Below are positions 1 through 10,907 of a stretch of DNA of 25,929 nucleotides, piece by piece. The stretch is from Seison nebaliae (taxonomy: Eukaryota). The stretch is taken from the NCBI GenBank assembly GCA_023231475.1, contig JALJEE010002373.1:62001-87929 (forward strand), in the 5' to 3' direction. Below the pieces are notes generated by a model. That model searched no databases. It was not told the DNA's origin and saw nothing but the letters and a program-made list of their open reading frames with translations. Position numbers and translations under genes: made by a program. The first letter of the stretch is position 1. Each line of letters begins with the position of its first letter.

Positions 1-27
1 TATTCATGAAAAACTCTTTTTTTTAAG

Positions 28-847
28 TTATGTCAAAAATTACCTTCTTTGCCATCGGGCGTCTATAAAATAAGTTATCGACGAGTATCTTATCCGAAGA
101 TTGATCAAAACCCAAAAATTTACAGAACTGGCTCAACAATTTCCTTCAGTTGTTCTCAAGGTAAGTTCTTATTGAAAAATATAAATAAATTATTTCTTAT
201 TCTTTAGGTGCTGGTGCGGCTAAATGTGGATCAGACGGTTCATGGGCTCTCTCAGGTCCTTGTAGTGGAGGTGCTTCTTCAGGAGGTGGTTCCGTTCGTG
301 CAATGATGGTCCCAAGTCAACCAAGACAATCATCTTGTAGTTGTCCATGTGGTGGTGGTGGTGGTGGAGGTGCTGGTGCCGGACGATCAATGATGCAAGT
401 TTCTGGTGGTAGTAATAGCAATAGTGGAAGTTATTCATAAAATAAATACCTTTTCGATACTTAAAATTTTACTGAATTAATTTAGATCTGGTTCCCGGAA
501 AAATGTACAGAGTTGTTTTCAACGGTTTTTAGTTTTTTTATGTTTCTTTTTTACAGAAATTGTTTTTTTTTTTAAGGTAGAGTTTGTCTAATGAAATGTT
601 AGGAAATTATGTTTAATTTTAAAAATTAATTATAAGAATAAAAGTTAACGGATATTCGGGCGGATCGGCAACTCAAGCTAAGTCTGATGAAACGACCACC
701 ATAAGCGAAACAACAGAAACACCATCCGATCTTGGCGAGGACGATGCTTCAAAATCGACTGGTGGAGGTACTGGTCCTACAACTGAAAGTCAAACAGGAA
801 GTACTTTGGCTGAATCAACTCCAACTACACTTTTCGATTCATCATAA
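28..847 (+). CDS. 3' part of a spliced gene encoding a Sushi/CCP-like domain, Gly-rich linker and Ser/Thr-rich tail (5' end outside window)
   Basis: Exon 28-160 (LCQKLPSLP...YRTGSTISFSCSQG) joins via intron 161-207 (GTAAGT..TAG) to exon 208-429 (AGAAKCGSDGSWALSGPC, then poly-Gly). This gives the four Cys plus Trp of a CCP module. Intron 430-485 starts GTTATT. The last exon (~637-847) is S/T/E-rich with TAA at 845-847; the junction into it is ambiguous. Confidence 0.65.
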
Positions 848-1123
848 ACAAAACAACAATTTAAACATTCTACTATTAATATTTTAATACATTTTCTTTA
901 ATCCAATAAATTAAGATTATCAAAAGATTATTCATTTAACAGAATTTCATTGACTTCACAAAGCACATTAGGGAAATGTGGAAGTAGATAGAATGTAGAA
1001 ATTGTTTCTTCAAATTTTCCTCATAATAATTTATTAGATGTTCTCTTCTCCATTAAGAAACTGAATAGTATGTCTAATATAAATTAATGAATAAAAATAT
1101 GAAATGAACATTTAGCGTAAACA

Positions 1124-1137
1124 GTTGCTATAGCAAC
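1124..1137. promoter_or_regulatory. X-box (RFX binding site)
   Basis: Perfect 14-bp palindrome GTTGCTATAGCAAC matching the RFX X-box consensus, 20 bp upstream of the ATG at 1158. Confidence 0.8.
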
Positions 1138-1157
1138 GAACGAGCAAACGAAAGAAA

Positions 1158-2247
1158 ATGCCTGTAATGAACTTTCGTTTTAATGATGTTTGGAGAACAA
1201 TCAGTGAAGGTTCCCATTATTTAAAAAATTGTAATTCAAATAAATTAGACAATGGAAACAATTGAAGGGGAAGGAAATATTATAGATTTTGAACCAGAAA
1301 AACATTCTCCTATTTTTATTGGATATAATTTCAGTTTGGAGGATGATTCGGAATACACAATTCAAGTTCATATTACTAAAAATATTTGATGACTGTTATA
1401 TCATTATCGTAGTCGTTCGATCCTTCAATATCACATCCGGCTTGTATTGGTCATGCGCTATTGCCGATAGCTGAAGAAGGTGTTTCAAATAACCAACCAC
1501 CAACCGATGATAATTGTTATCTTCTACTTATTTTTCTGTTAATTCAATATTCTCATTGGATCAGTGGAGCATCAAAATCATGATAAAATTTTACGAGATA
1601 TTCTAACGGACGGTCTTAGCGAAATACTTTATATTGCTGATAGTCATTTGGCATTTACAGTTAATTGTTGATTTTTTTATTTTTCATTCAATTACGTTCA
1701 GCGAAAACATACCGTCTTCCGTGCTTTAGAATTTTTAAGCGAATACTTATACAAGTTGGACATTTCTTTTTTAAATTATTATATAACATTGAGAATTGAT
1801 ACCAGTAATAATCCATTTAAACAACATGAACGTCCCGAATACGTCAACTTATTAGACATTCCTTTTGTCGTAGAATTTCTGAAAAATAAGTTCGATTATT
1901 TTTAATAGTAAGAATTGATTGTACTTGTTATTGATAGAGCATTACCAGCACTTCCGTTACATTTAACATTGGATGAACATTTGGCAGCGATTATTATTCA
2001 AAAGAACTTTCGTGGTTATTTAGCAAGGAAATCGCCGAAAATAATGGAATTGATACAATGGCAGAAAGCATGGCGATTAGAGAACATGAACGTGAAAGAT
2101 CGAGTCGACAATTTTTGGTCCTCTATAAATGTCACCGACGATAAGGGTGATAATGCGGAAAACGGCTCAATGGCTGATAAGGAGGAGAAAATGAAAACGA
2201 TCAAATCGAACCAATCGGAGGAAAATGTTGTCGATGAAGAAATCTAG
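1158..2247 (+). CDS. IQCK: IQ motif-containing protein K homolog, 7 exons
   Basis: Exons 1158-1209, 1286-1365, 1413-1515, 1565-1659, 1702-1754, 1806-1889, 1938-2247 join in frame. Motifs RKHTVFRALEFLSEYLYNNNP, LLDIPFVVEFLK and LPLHLTLDEHLAAIIIQKNFRGYLARKSPKIMELIQWQK match IQCK as I recall it, including the IQ motif IQxxFRGYLAR. Confidence 0.8.
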
Positions 2248-3365
2248 TTAACCAAAAGAAATTTAAATCATTTGAAAATTATTTCTCCAATAAATTACTA
2301 ATGTCCTTGTATCTTGTCATGAAATGTTTCTTACGAACGTCGAATGAATGTCTAATGAATGAGGGAGATGGAAGAAAATGAGAGAGGTAGAAGATTATTG
2401 ATGGGAAGCGATTAAAGTTGAACATTATTATTTACAATGAACGGAAGTTGTAATAGGCGACTAAAGATGATCTAAAGTTGTAGACGTTGATCGATTCATA
2501 GCGAATCGTGACTAAACATTGATTCTTTTTCTAAAGTTTTTAAGTTTATTCCATCCAATTTCCTATGTTCCGTCATGATTAACATAAGAAATATCATATG
2601 TGTATATGATGTGATGTGGGAATGGTTATGACGTAATTAAGTGAAATACCTTTGATGGAAGCAGTTGTTACCGTTCGCTGTCGTATTAACGAAAATATGA
2701 TGGAAGTAACCTTACGTAAAATATCAGTTTTCATCAAGATCTTCATATAAAAAGCGAAAATGAAACGATATTGAATCACATCATTTCTTTTCTAACATCG
2801 TCCAATATCTGTCTTTTTTCTATTTGTTTAAATGTCGTGGCGTTATTATTGTCATTGAATTATTGATGTTGTGTCTACAACATGTCAGGATTAAAGTGAG
2901 ACAATACCTGGAAATTAGGAGAGAGTAGACTGAAAAGGAATTGATGCAAGTCTACCAACGAATATTTCTCAAATTATCCTTCAAATCCGTTACATCAATA
3001 TTTGACTCTTACAAACACAATGACATCAACTTTACAATTGTCAGTCTATTTAAGTGTTACTAAGAATCATCACAGAACGACTATATCATTTCATTTCCTT
3101 TTCTTTTATCTTCTTCTCATCCAAATTCTATTCTAGTCAGTATGAAGCGTTACTTAACCTCTCCATCACACCGTCAACTACTTTTTATACGGAACTACTC
3201 TTTCTAATCTCTATGTCATGCTCATACTGACAACGTATCCATCTATAAATATTTCACATATCTTCCCCTTCCATATTTTCAAATTTTTCATTCCCATTTT
3301 CTTTCATTATCAGAAAAATTATTTTTTCAACAAAAAATAGTTCACAAAACATATCTCTATCCTCC

Positions 3366-6300
3366 ATGTTGTTAAACATGAAATATACAATTCTTTTAAT
3401 TTTGGGATTAATCTTTAATGACCATGTTCAATCAGCAGCAATTGGATCTTCAGGTTCTCATTGGAAATTAATCAAATATTCTAGTTTCAGAGCTTTCAGA
3501 TGTTAAAGAAAGTAAAGGAAAACTTTTAAATGGAAAAACAAGACAATACCAATATGGTTAGTTGTATTATCATCAGAAATTATTTTAGACGGTCATATCG
3601 CTTCATTTCGTTTAACAATAATATAACATGCTACCATACAACTCATTTGCATTACATTTATGGATTCTAGTTTTTGCTTCCATTTTTCATTCATTTCGGA
3701 AAAAAAAGAAAATTTTAACTTTCATTTAATCTTCCGGGATGACAGGAAAAGATAAATTCTTTTTATGCATCAAAGATTCTACTAGTCTCACTGGTTATAG
3801 ATGTATATGTCCCAAACATTGTACAGGAGTTATGTGTGAAAATTGTTAGTTGGTTGAAGTGTTGGAAGAGATGAGTAGTTAAATATTTTTCTAAGGCGGA
3901 GCTTGTAAGAAGAATAAATGCCAAAACGGAGGGACATGTCACATGAACATTATGGAAGAAGAAATATGCGAATGTCTCCAAAATTTCTCTGGTAAGTGGT
4001 GTGAGATGTCCATGGGGAAAAAATGTGGCTCAGAAACCTGTCGTAATGGTTGCATTGAGAAGAATAGGTGCGTCTGTAAACATAATTGGACAGGAATTAA
4101 TTGTGATAAATGTTAACAGATTTAAATACGTAAAATCTGATAGAGAAAATATTTTAAATGTTTTCTTTAAAGATGTTCCATGTCTAATGAATCCATGTCA
4201 AAGAAACTCACAATGCACACCTTGCACTAATAGAAAATCTTGCACTAATATCAACTATCGTTGTACATGTGCACAAAGTAATTGTAAGTAATGATCAAAT
4301 TCTTTCTTTTAGTCCTTCTGCGACGCGCTCTTGCAATTCATGCAAAATTTAACGCTTTAGGAATATTTTCATTTAAAATTTCTTATTTTCCACTCAAACT
4401 ATCTGATGAATGTGTATGAAATGAAGGATCAAATGATCAATGTCAAATGAATCCTTGTCAAAACGGTGGTTATTGTCGAAATAAGGAATATGGACAATTC
4501 CTTTGTGTATGTCCCAATGGTTATACTGGGAAATGTTGTGAAACACAAAGTATTCTTTCTTACTTCCATAATGTGATTCTCTTCAATCTCCATACGTTTA
4601 GTGATGCCAATGATGAATCAATTTAAACGGTGTGATATGAATCCATGTATGAATGGAGGATATTGTAGAGATTTACCTTATAGTCAATTTATATGCGTTT
4701 GTCCAAATGGATACACAGGAAAATGCTGTGAACGTATTAATTTTTCTCTTTAATTGTCCTTCCTTTATAAACCTCATTTCACTCAATATCACTCGATAGC
4801 TCTAGAGACATCGACAAAAATATCACAATTTCTGATAAATGATAGAAATTGAAGTAAACGATTAATGATAAATTCTCTTTCTTCAAAGGAAAATTAGATG
4901 AACAAAATACCTTCCCAATGATGAGATTACGTCGAGCAGCTAGTTGGGAAAGTTTCAGACCTTGGATGTCACAAAGAGGTAGTTACAGTGGTAGTTATGG
5001 AAATAATAATTATAATACTGGATATCGTCAAAACGGTTATGGTTCTGTCAGTTACCCCAATTCCAATACTTACGCGGGAGGTAAATTACTAGAAAAACCT
5101 GTAGTTTAAATTAAGCTAATCACCATCAATTATGCACCCATTAAGTAAATAATTTGAAGAACACGATCCCATTATTTAATCATTCCCTTATGTCCAAGGA
5201 AAAGAGAACCTGTACACTTTCCACATCCTTTATTTTCTTATGGATTTGATTGATATTAACCAATTCTTATTTCTCATTTATATCACACCCGTTTTCATTA
5301 TTATTCTCATATTTAATGATTGCTTTTGAAAACTAACAGCTCAAAATCCTTGCTCAAATTCTCCTGGAAGTTCCAATCCATGTGGTCCTTCCAATGGAAT
5401 AGGACAACCATCATATCCCCAACAACCAAGTGGTAATAATCCATGCTCGAATCAACCCGGCAGCTCAAATCCATGTCCGCCGAGTCAACCTCAACAACCA
5501 TCATATCCTCAACAACCATCTTATCCTCAACAGCCTAGTAATCCATGTTCGGATAATCCAGGAAGTTCCAATCCATGTTCTCCTAGTGAACCTCAACAAC
5601 CATCATATCCACAACAACCCTCATATCCCCAACAACCATCTTATCCACAACAACCACAACAACCACAACAACCTAGCAATCCATGTTCAACTCAACCAGG
5701 AAGTTCTAATCCATGTTCACCGAGTCAACCTCAGCAACCAACATATCCCCAACAACCTAACAATCCATGTTCAAACCAACCAGGAAGTTCCAATCCATGT
5801 CAACCCAGCCAACCCAATCAACCGACATATCCGGTCCAACCTCAACAACCGACATATCCTGTTCAACCTCAACAACCGAGTAATCCTTGTTCAGATCAAC
5901 CAGGAACCAGCAATCCATGTCAACCATCGAATAATCAACCAAGTACGTATAAGATATTTGTTCTTGTTTGACATCTGACGAGTGTATAATTGTTTGAATT
6001 CTGTTAAAGGAGATACTGAAAAGAATTGTCCATTCATTTCATTCCAATATTCACGACCATTTCTAACATTTTTATTTGATGCCGCTTTGCTGTCTATGCT
6101 GTGCTATATAGATATTTGAGAGAAATTCAATTCTTTTGAACAAATACTAACATTCTTCTTCTTTCATAGGCAATCCATGCTCAAACAATCCCGGAACATC
6201 GAACCCATGTCCCCCTGCCCAACGTTATTAACTATTCCTAAAATGATTATAATAATTTCTTTATGAATAAAACAGCAAGTAACCCATGTGCTAATGGAAA

Positions 6301-9300
6301 CCAAGGATATGGATGCAATCAAAGTTTTATCTTTTTTCTTCATTAGATGATGAATTGGTTTTAGATAATGATCCATGTGCAAATAATCCATGTAAGAATG
6401 GAGGTCGATGCATTCCTAATGGACAAAGTTTCAAATGTTTATGCCAACAAGGATATACTGGTAATTGTTGTGAAACAAGTTAGTTATCGCTCAGAAAATT
6501 AAACTATTTGTGCGAGAGATAAAAAGTCAGAGAAATCATTAAGGAAAAAGATTATGATAGAGAATTGAATTTATTAAAATAATTTAAAAAGGAGATATAT
6601 GTGGACCAAACCCATGTCAAAATGGTGGTAGTTGCGTTCCTGCTGGCACAGTGTTCTCTTGCATTTGTGTCCAAGGATTTACGGGCAAATGTTGTCAAAA
6701 CAGTTGGTCATTTTATTAGAAATCAGTTGTATAATAATTTTGATAATTTTCTTGTTATTTCTACAGAAATCCAAACCCAACAAAGTTTCCATTGAATTTA
6801 ATACTTCCCTTTTTTAATTCCATTGATGGAAGGAAAACATTTCAGCACTTTATTATTACGCACTGTCCCACCCCTCTCATCACTACATTAACAAATCACG
6901 TTGGTTTTAATTACAGGAGACTTTAAGGTAAATAGATAAAGGAATAAGGATTATAAATATTAATTTTTTATTAACAAATTAATGATAATATCCTATCTGT
7001 GCAGGAGATCCTTGCGCCAACAATCCGTGTCAAAATGGCGGACAATGTGTACCATTCGGTCCATCATTCTCTTGTAATTGTCCTCAAGGATTCACCGGTA
7101 AATGTTGCGAAAAACGTTAGTCCTACGAAATCTTTAGTGGTTAAGTATATGCCGATTAATGAGATTGTAAATTCACCGCTTTTTAAATGCGAAATTTTGA
7201 TTGTTTTTAATGCTTCTATTCTAATGCAATTGATTATTAAAATCATTTGGAAATCGTTCTCGATTGAATGCTCCACACAGAATCACAAACAAGTGAGTAG
7301 ATTATTTTCTATGTTTTCTTCCATCATTTCTCAAATAACTGTCCTTCATCTGATCTGCGCCAATCTGCTTATTATTTTATAATTTAATTAACTATCAAAA
7401 TTAGGCAATCCATGTGCCCGAAATCCGTGTCAGAACGGCGGAAGGTGTATGCCTCAAGGAAACTCTTTTACTTGCCAATGTACACAAGGCTTTACAGGCC
7501 GTTGCTGTGAGCAACGTTAATTTTAAATTTGATTTTTAAAATTTATTTAATCAATTCATTTTTATAATTGTTCTCTGTTATTCATTCCAATAATAACAGA
7601 AGTAGCACGTGAGTTGCTTTTTACTATAATCGCTTTGTCTAGATCATTTATCCGATTAGAATAGATATTCACTAATATTTGTAGAGTTTCAATTCTTTTG
7701 TCCTCCATTCAATTCCAGAACTAATTATTTTTCAATATTTTACTTTTTAACTTTATAAGGTGATCCATGTACACCAAATCCATGTCAAAATGGAGGAATG
7801 TGTATGCCACAAGGATCATCGTTCACTTGTCAATGTCCTCAAGGATTTACAGGACGCTGTTGTGAACAACGTTAGATATCTGATAATCATGCACATACTT
7901 TTTTATATGCAATATCACTTTGACAAATTTAGGAGATCCCTGTTCACCCAATCCATGCCAGAATGGTGGGATGTGTATGCCTCAAGGCAATTCCTTCCAA
8001 TGCATGTGTCCCCAAGGCTTCACCGGTAGATGTTGCGAGAAACGTTAGAAAACTATTAGATCATATCAATCGAATATACTTCCAAATATTAATTTTCTTC
8101 CGACGTCTCTCTCTCTATCCATATTCTTTTCAATACGATAGGCGATCCTTGCTCACCAAACCCTTGTCAGAATGGCGGTAGATGTATGGCCAACGGTAAT
8201 TCCTTCCAATGTCAATGTCCTCAAGGATACACGGGAAGATGTTGTGAACAACGTTGGAAATTTAAATTTGAAAGATCTCTCTATGCTAATTCATTACCTC
8301 ACAAATAATTAGGCGATCCATGCACACCTAATCCTTGCCAAAATAACGGTCAATGTATGCCACAGGGCAATAGTTTCGTTTGTCAATGTCAGCAGGGATT
8401 TACCGGACGTTGTTGTGAAAGCAGTTTGAAAATTATTATAACTCAAAGAGTTTTACGAAGAATTCCTTTGTAGGAGATCCTTGCTCACCTAATCCCTGTC
8501 AGAATGGTGGACAATGTATGGCACAAGGTAACTCATTCCAATGTATGTGTCCTCAAGGTTATACAGGTAGATGTTGTGAACAAAGTTTAGTGTCCCTTTT
8601 GAAGAATATTTTGAGGAATCTTTTCTAAATTTTAAGAGGATCCATGTACACCCAACCCGTGTCAGAATGGTGGACAATGTATGGCACAAGGTAACTCATT
8701 CCAATGTATGTGTCCTCAAGGATTCACCGGAAGATGTTGTGAACAGAGTTATTAATTGTTATAAGTAGAAAAGTTATTGATGTCATAACGATACATTAGG
8801 AGATCCTTGTACACCGAACCCTTGTCAAAATGGCGGGCAATGTATGGCACAAGGTAACTCATTCCAGTGTCGTTGCCCTCAAGGATTCACCGGTAGATGT
8901 TGTGAAAAGAGTTATTAATTTCGATAGAATCATTAAAACATCAGGAAATCTTAAATTGTCCAATACGATAGAAGATCCATGTACTCCAAACCCTTGTCAG
9001 AATGGCGGACAATGTATGGCACAAGGTAACTCATTCCAATGTATGTGTCCTCAAGGTTTCACTGGTAGATGTTGTGAACAACGTTAGTAATCACATCATC
9101 CGACAAATAATTTGATTGTGAAAACTTCATGTCAACTTTATCAGGCGATCCATGTACACCAAATCCATGTCAGAATGGTGGACAATGTATGCCCCAAGGA
9201 AACACATTCCAATGTCGTTGTCCTCAGGGATATACAGGTCGTTGCTGCGAACAACGTTGGTGAACTTTTTTAAATTTTCTTTCTATCATTTCTTTTGCAA

Positions 9301-10283
9301 CAACTACACGAATCATTTCACATAAAATCCATACTATTTCATAAGCAATGCATTTTGATGTTCATTGATCAGTCAACAGAACATTATTCTACACGAAGGG
9401 AAATTGGCTCATCAAACATTAAAACTCAACATTATCTATGCTAAGTGTCAGGAAACAGATATTTCACAACATTTAACTAATCATTTTCCAAATTGCTCTT
9501 CCCCCAATTCACCTGCATTCCCTTTTCCATTTCACCCCTGTCTTACCACCCCATCATCCCATTTATCATCCCATAGTATTTTCAATCCTTCCAATTACAG
9601 TCACTATAATCATTCATGTTAATAGGAAATCCGTGCTCGCCAAACCCATGTCAAAACGGTGGACAATGTATGCCTCAAGGAAACTCATTCCAATGTATGT
9701 GTCAACAAGGATACACCGGTAGATGTTGTGAACAAAGTTCATAAAATTTTCCTCAAATAGTCCATTCTATAATTCTACATTATAATTAGGAGTACAAACA
9801 CCAGCACCGACTAATCCATGTGGAAGTTACAATCCTTGTCAAAATGGTGGACAATGTAGTGGAAGTAGCTACAATCAACAACCACAATGCAATTGTCGAA
9901 GTGGTTTCGGTGGAAGCAGATGCCAATATCGTTAATATTCATATTTCATATTTTTCTGTTTTAGAAAATTTCTTTAGAAATTACTTTTTACCTTATCGAA
10001 AATTATATAAATAATTTCTCTTCCTAACTTTCTATTGTTCTCTATTTAATAATGTTCTGTCATTAAATTCTTCAAATTAATTATCGAAATAGGTTCCTCT
10101 TACAATACCTTCAACAATTTCAACAATAATCGTCGGTATTATCCTTATCAACGATCTGGTCTCTTATCATTCGTTCTTCCAACACAAACAAATGAGCTTA
10201 ACAAAGAACATTTAACGTCAAGTCATAAGATGATAATGAGTGTAACGGAATTACCTGTAGCAACAACAAAATCACATAAATAA
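3366..10283 (+). CDS. Secreted multi-EGF-repeat protein with Gly/Tyr-rich and Pro/Gln/Cys-repeat regions (multi-exon, probably alternatively spliced)
   Basis: Signal-peptide exon 3366-3453 ([24 protein letters not shown]) and exon ~3500-3556. All later exons are phase 1: 4889-5080, 5340-5942, 6170-6223, 6276-6323, fourteen 7-Cys EGF exons between 6365 and 9736, a 6-Cys EGF exon 9790-9930, and a terminal exon 10093-10283 (TAA). Further EGF exons lie at 3746-4291 and 4427-4733. Confidence 0.8.
3746..4291 (+). CDS. EGF module A of the EGF locus (3 exons, ends in a stop if unspliced)
   Basis: Exons 3746-3844 ([25 protein letters not shown]), 3896-4111 ([12 protein letters not shown]...[18 protein letters not shown]...[13 protein letters not shown]) and 4173-4291 ([13 protein letters not shown]...CTCAQSNCK*). 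Confidence 0.65.
4427..4852 (+). CDS. EGF module B (two 7-Cys EGF exons plus possible short terminal exon)
   Basis: Exons 4427-4549 ([12 protein letters not shown]...[13 protein letters not shown]) and 4602-4733 ([12 protein letters not shown]...GKCCE). The acceptor at 4799 gives [17 protein letters not shown] (TGA 4850-4852). Confidence 0.6.
5340..5942 (+). repeat. Coding repeat exon: six NPCSxxPG(S/T)SNPC units separated by (P)[12 protein letters not shown] repeats
   Basis: 603-nt phase 1-1 exon translating as [16 protein letters not shown]...[47 protein letters not shown]...; a seventh unit is in exon 6170-6223. Confidence 0.85.
6365..9736 (+). repeat. Tandem array of 14 EGF exons (13 of exactly 111 nt, one of 114 nt)
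   Basis: Exons start at 6365, 6592, 7005, 7405, 7760, 7933, 8142, 8313, 8474, 8637, 8800, 8972, 9145 and 9626. Consensus [36 protein letters not shown]. Confidence 0.9.
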
Positions 10284-10500
10284 CAAATTTTTATTATTAA
10301 AAAATTACTTCATATTCTAATGGATTCTTCGGTTTATCTTCAATTCTTTTAGCTCATTCAACTTGTTTTTAGATTTTTCTTTTCATTTTTATAAAACTCA
10401 TTCTTCTTAACTCCCTCTTATTCTTTAACATTTCTATCTCTCCTACTTTCCTAATCATTCGACCTTTCCATTTAATTTCTCTTCTCTCATCAATTTACAG

Positions 10501-10907
10501 GTAGTGGTTCGTCGATTTGTAAAATAAGAAGTCCATGTTTAGCCGGTCGATGTATTGATGACCTGAATTCACCTGATGGTTATCGCTGTATGTGTGCTCC
10601 TGGGTACGAAGGTCGATTGTGTGATCAGAAGAGTAAATGTCAATGTTCGAATGGTGGGAAGTGTATAAAACAACCATTAGGTCATTCAATTTGTTCATGT
10701 CCATCAAATTTCTGCGGAAGTCATTGTGAAAAGAAGTGCAATGGTCAAACTCGATTGGAGAAGACCAAAGTATTTGATGAGTGTGACCCCAAATTCTGTA
10801 AGAAGCGTGGACTTTGTCTCGTTAATCGAAATGATCCCTTGAATTTCAAATGTGCTTGTAAACAAAGCTTTACTGGACGTTTTTGTCAGAAGAAGAAAAG
10901 CGTCTAA
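10501..10907 (+). CDS. EGF module D: terminal exon with three EGF-like repeats and no start codon of its own
   Basis: Phase-1 acceptor TTTACAG at 10500 after a long pyrimidine tract. Translates as ICKIRSPCLAGRCIDDLNSPDGYRCMCAPGYEGRLCD...CSNGGKC...CDPKFCKKRGLC...CACKQSFTGRFCQKKKSV*. Confidence 0.7.

Noticed and set aside
2300..3360. Minus-strand ORF 2594-2779 and nearby splice-like sites
   Set aside because: Could not assemble a coherent exon chain or recognise a protein; treated as intergenic/upstream region.
5430..5978. 182-aa His/Asn/Ile-rich ORF in the track, and similar off-frame ORFs over the EGF exons
   Set aside because: Shadow frames of the repetitive Pro/Gln/Cys and EGF exons; the splice-compatible frame is different.
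6917..6927. Possible 11-nt microexon CAG|GAGACTTTAAG|GTAAAT
   Set aside because: Not a multiple of 3 and would frameshift the EGF array; unsupported without transcripts, although a poison role is not excluded.
7760..9255. Regularly spaced repeats with unique spacers resembling a CRISPR array
   Set aside because: The repeats are 111-nt coding EGF exons varying at synonymous sites, and the spacers are GT-AG introns. The context is eukaryotic with no cas genes.
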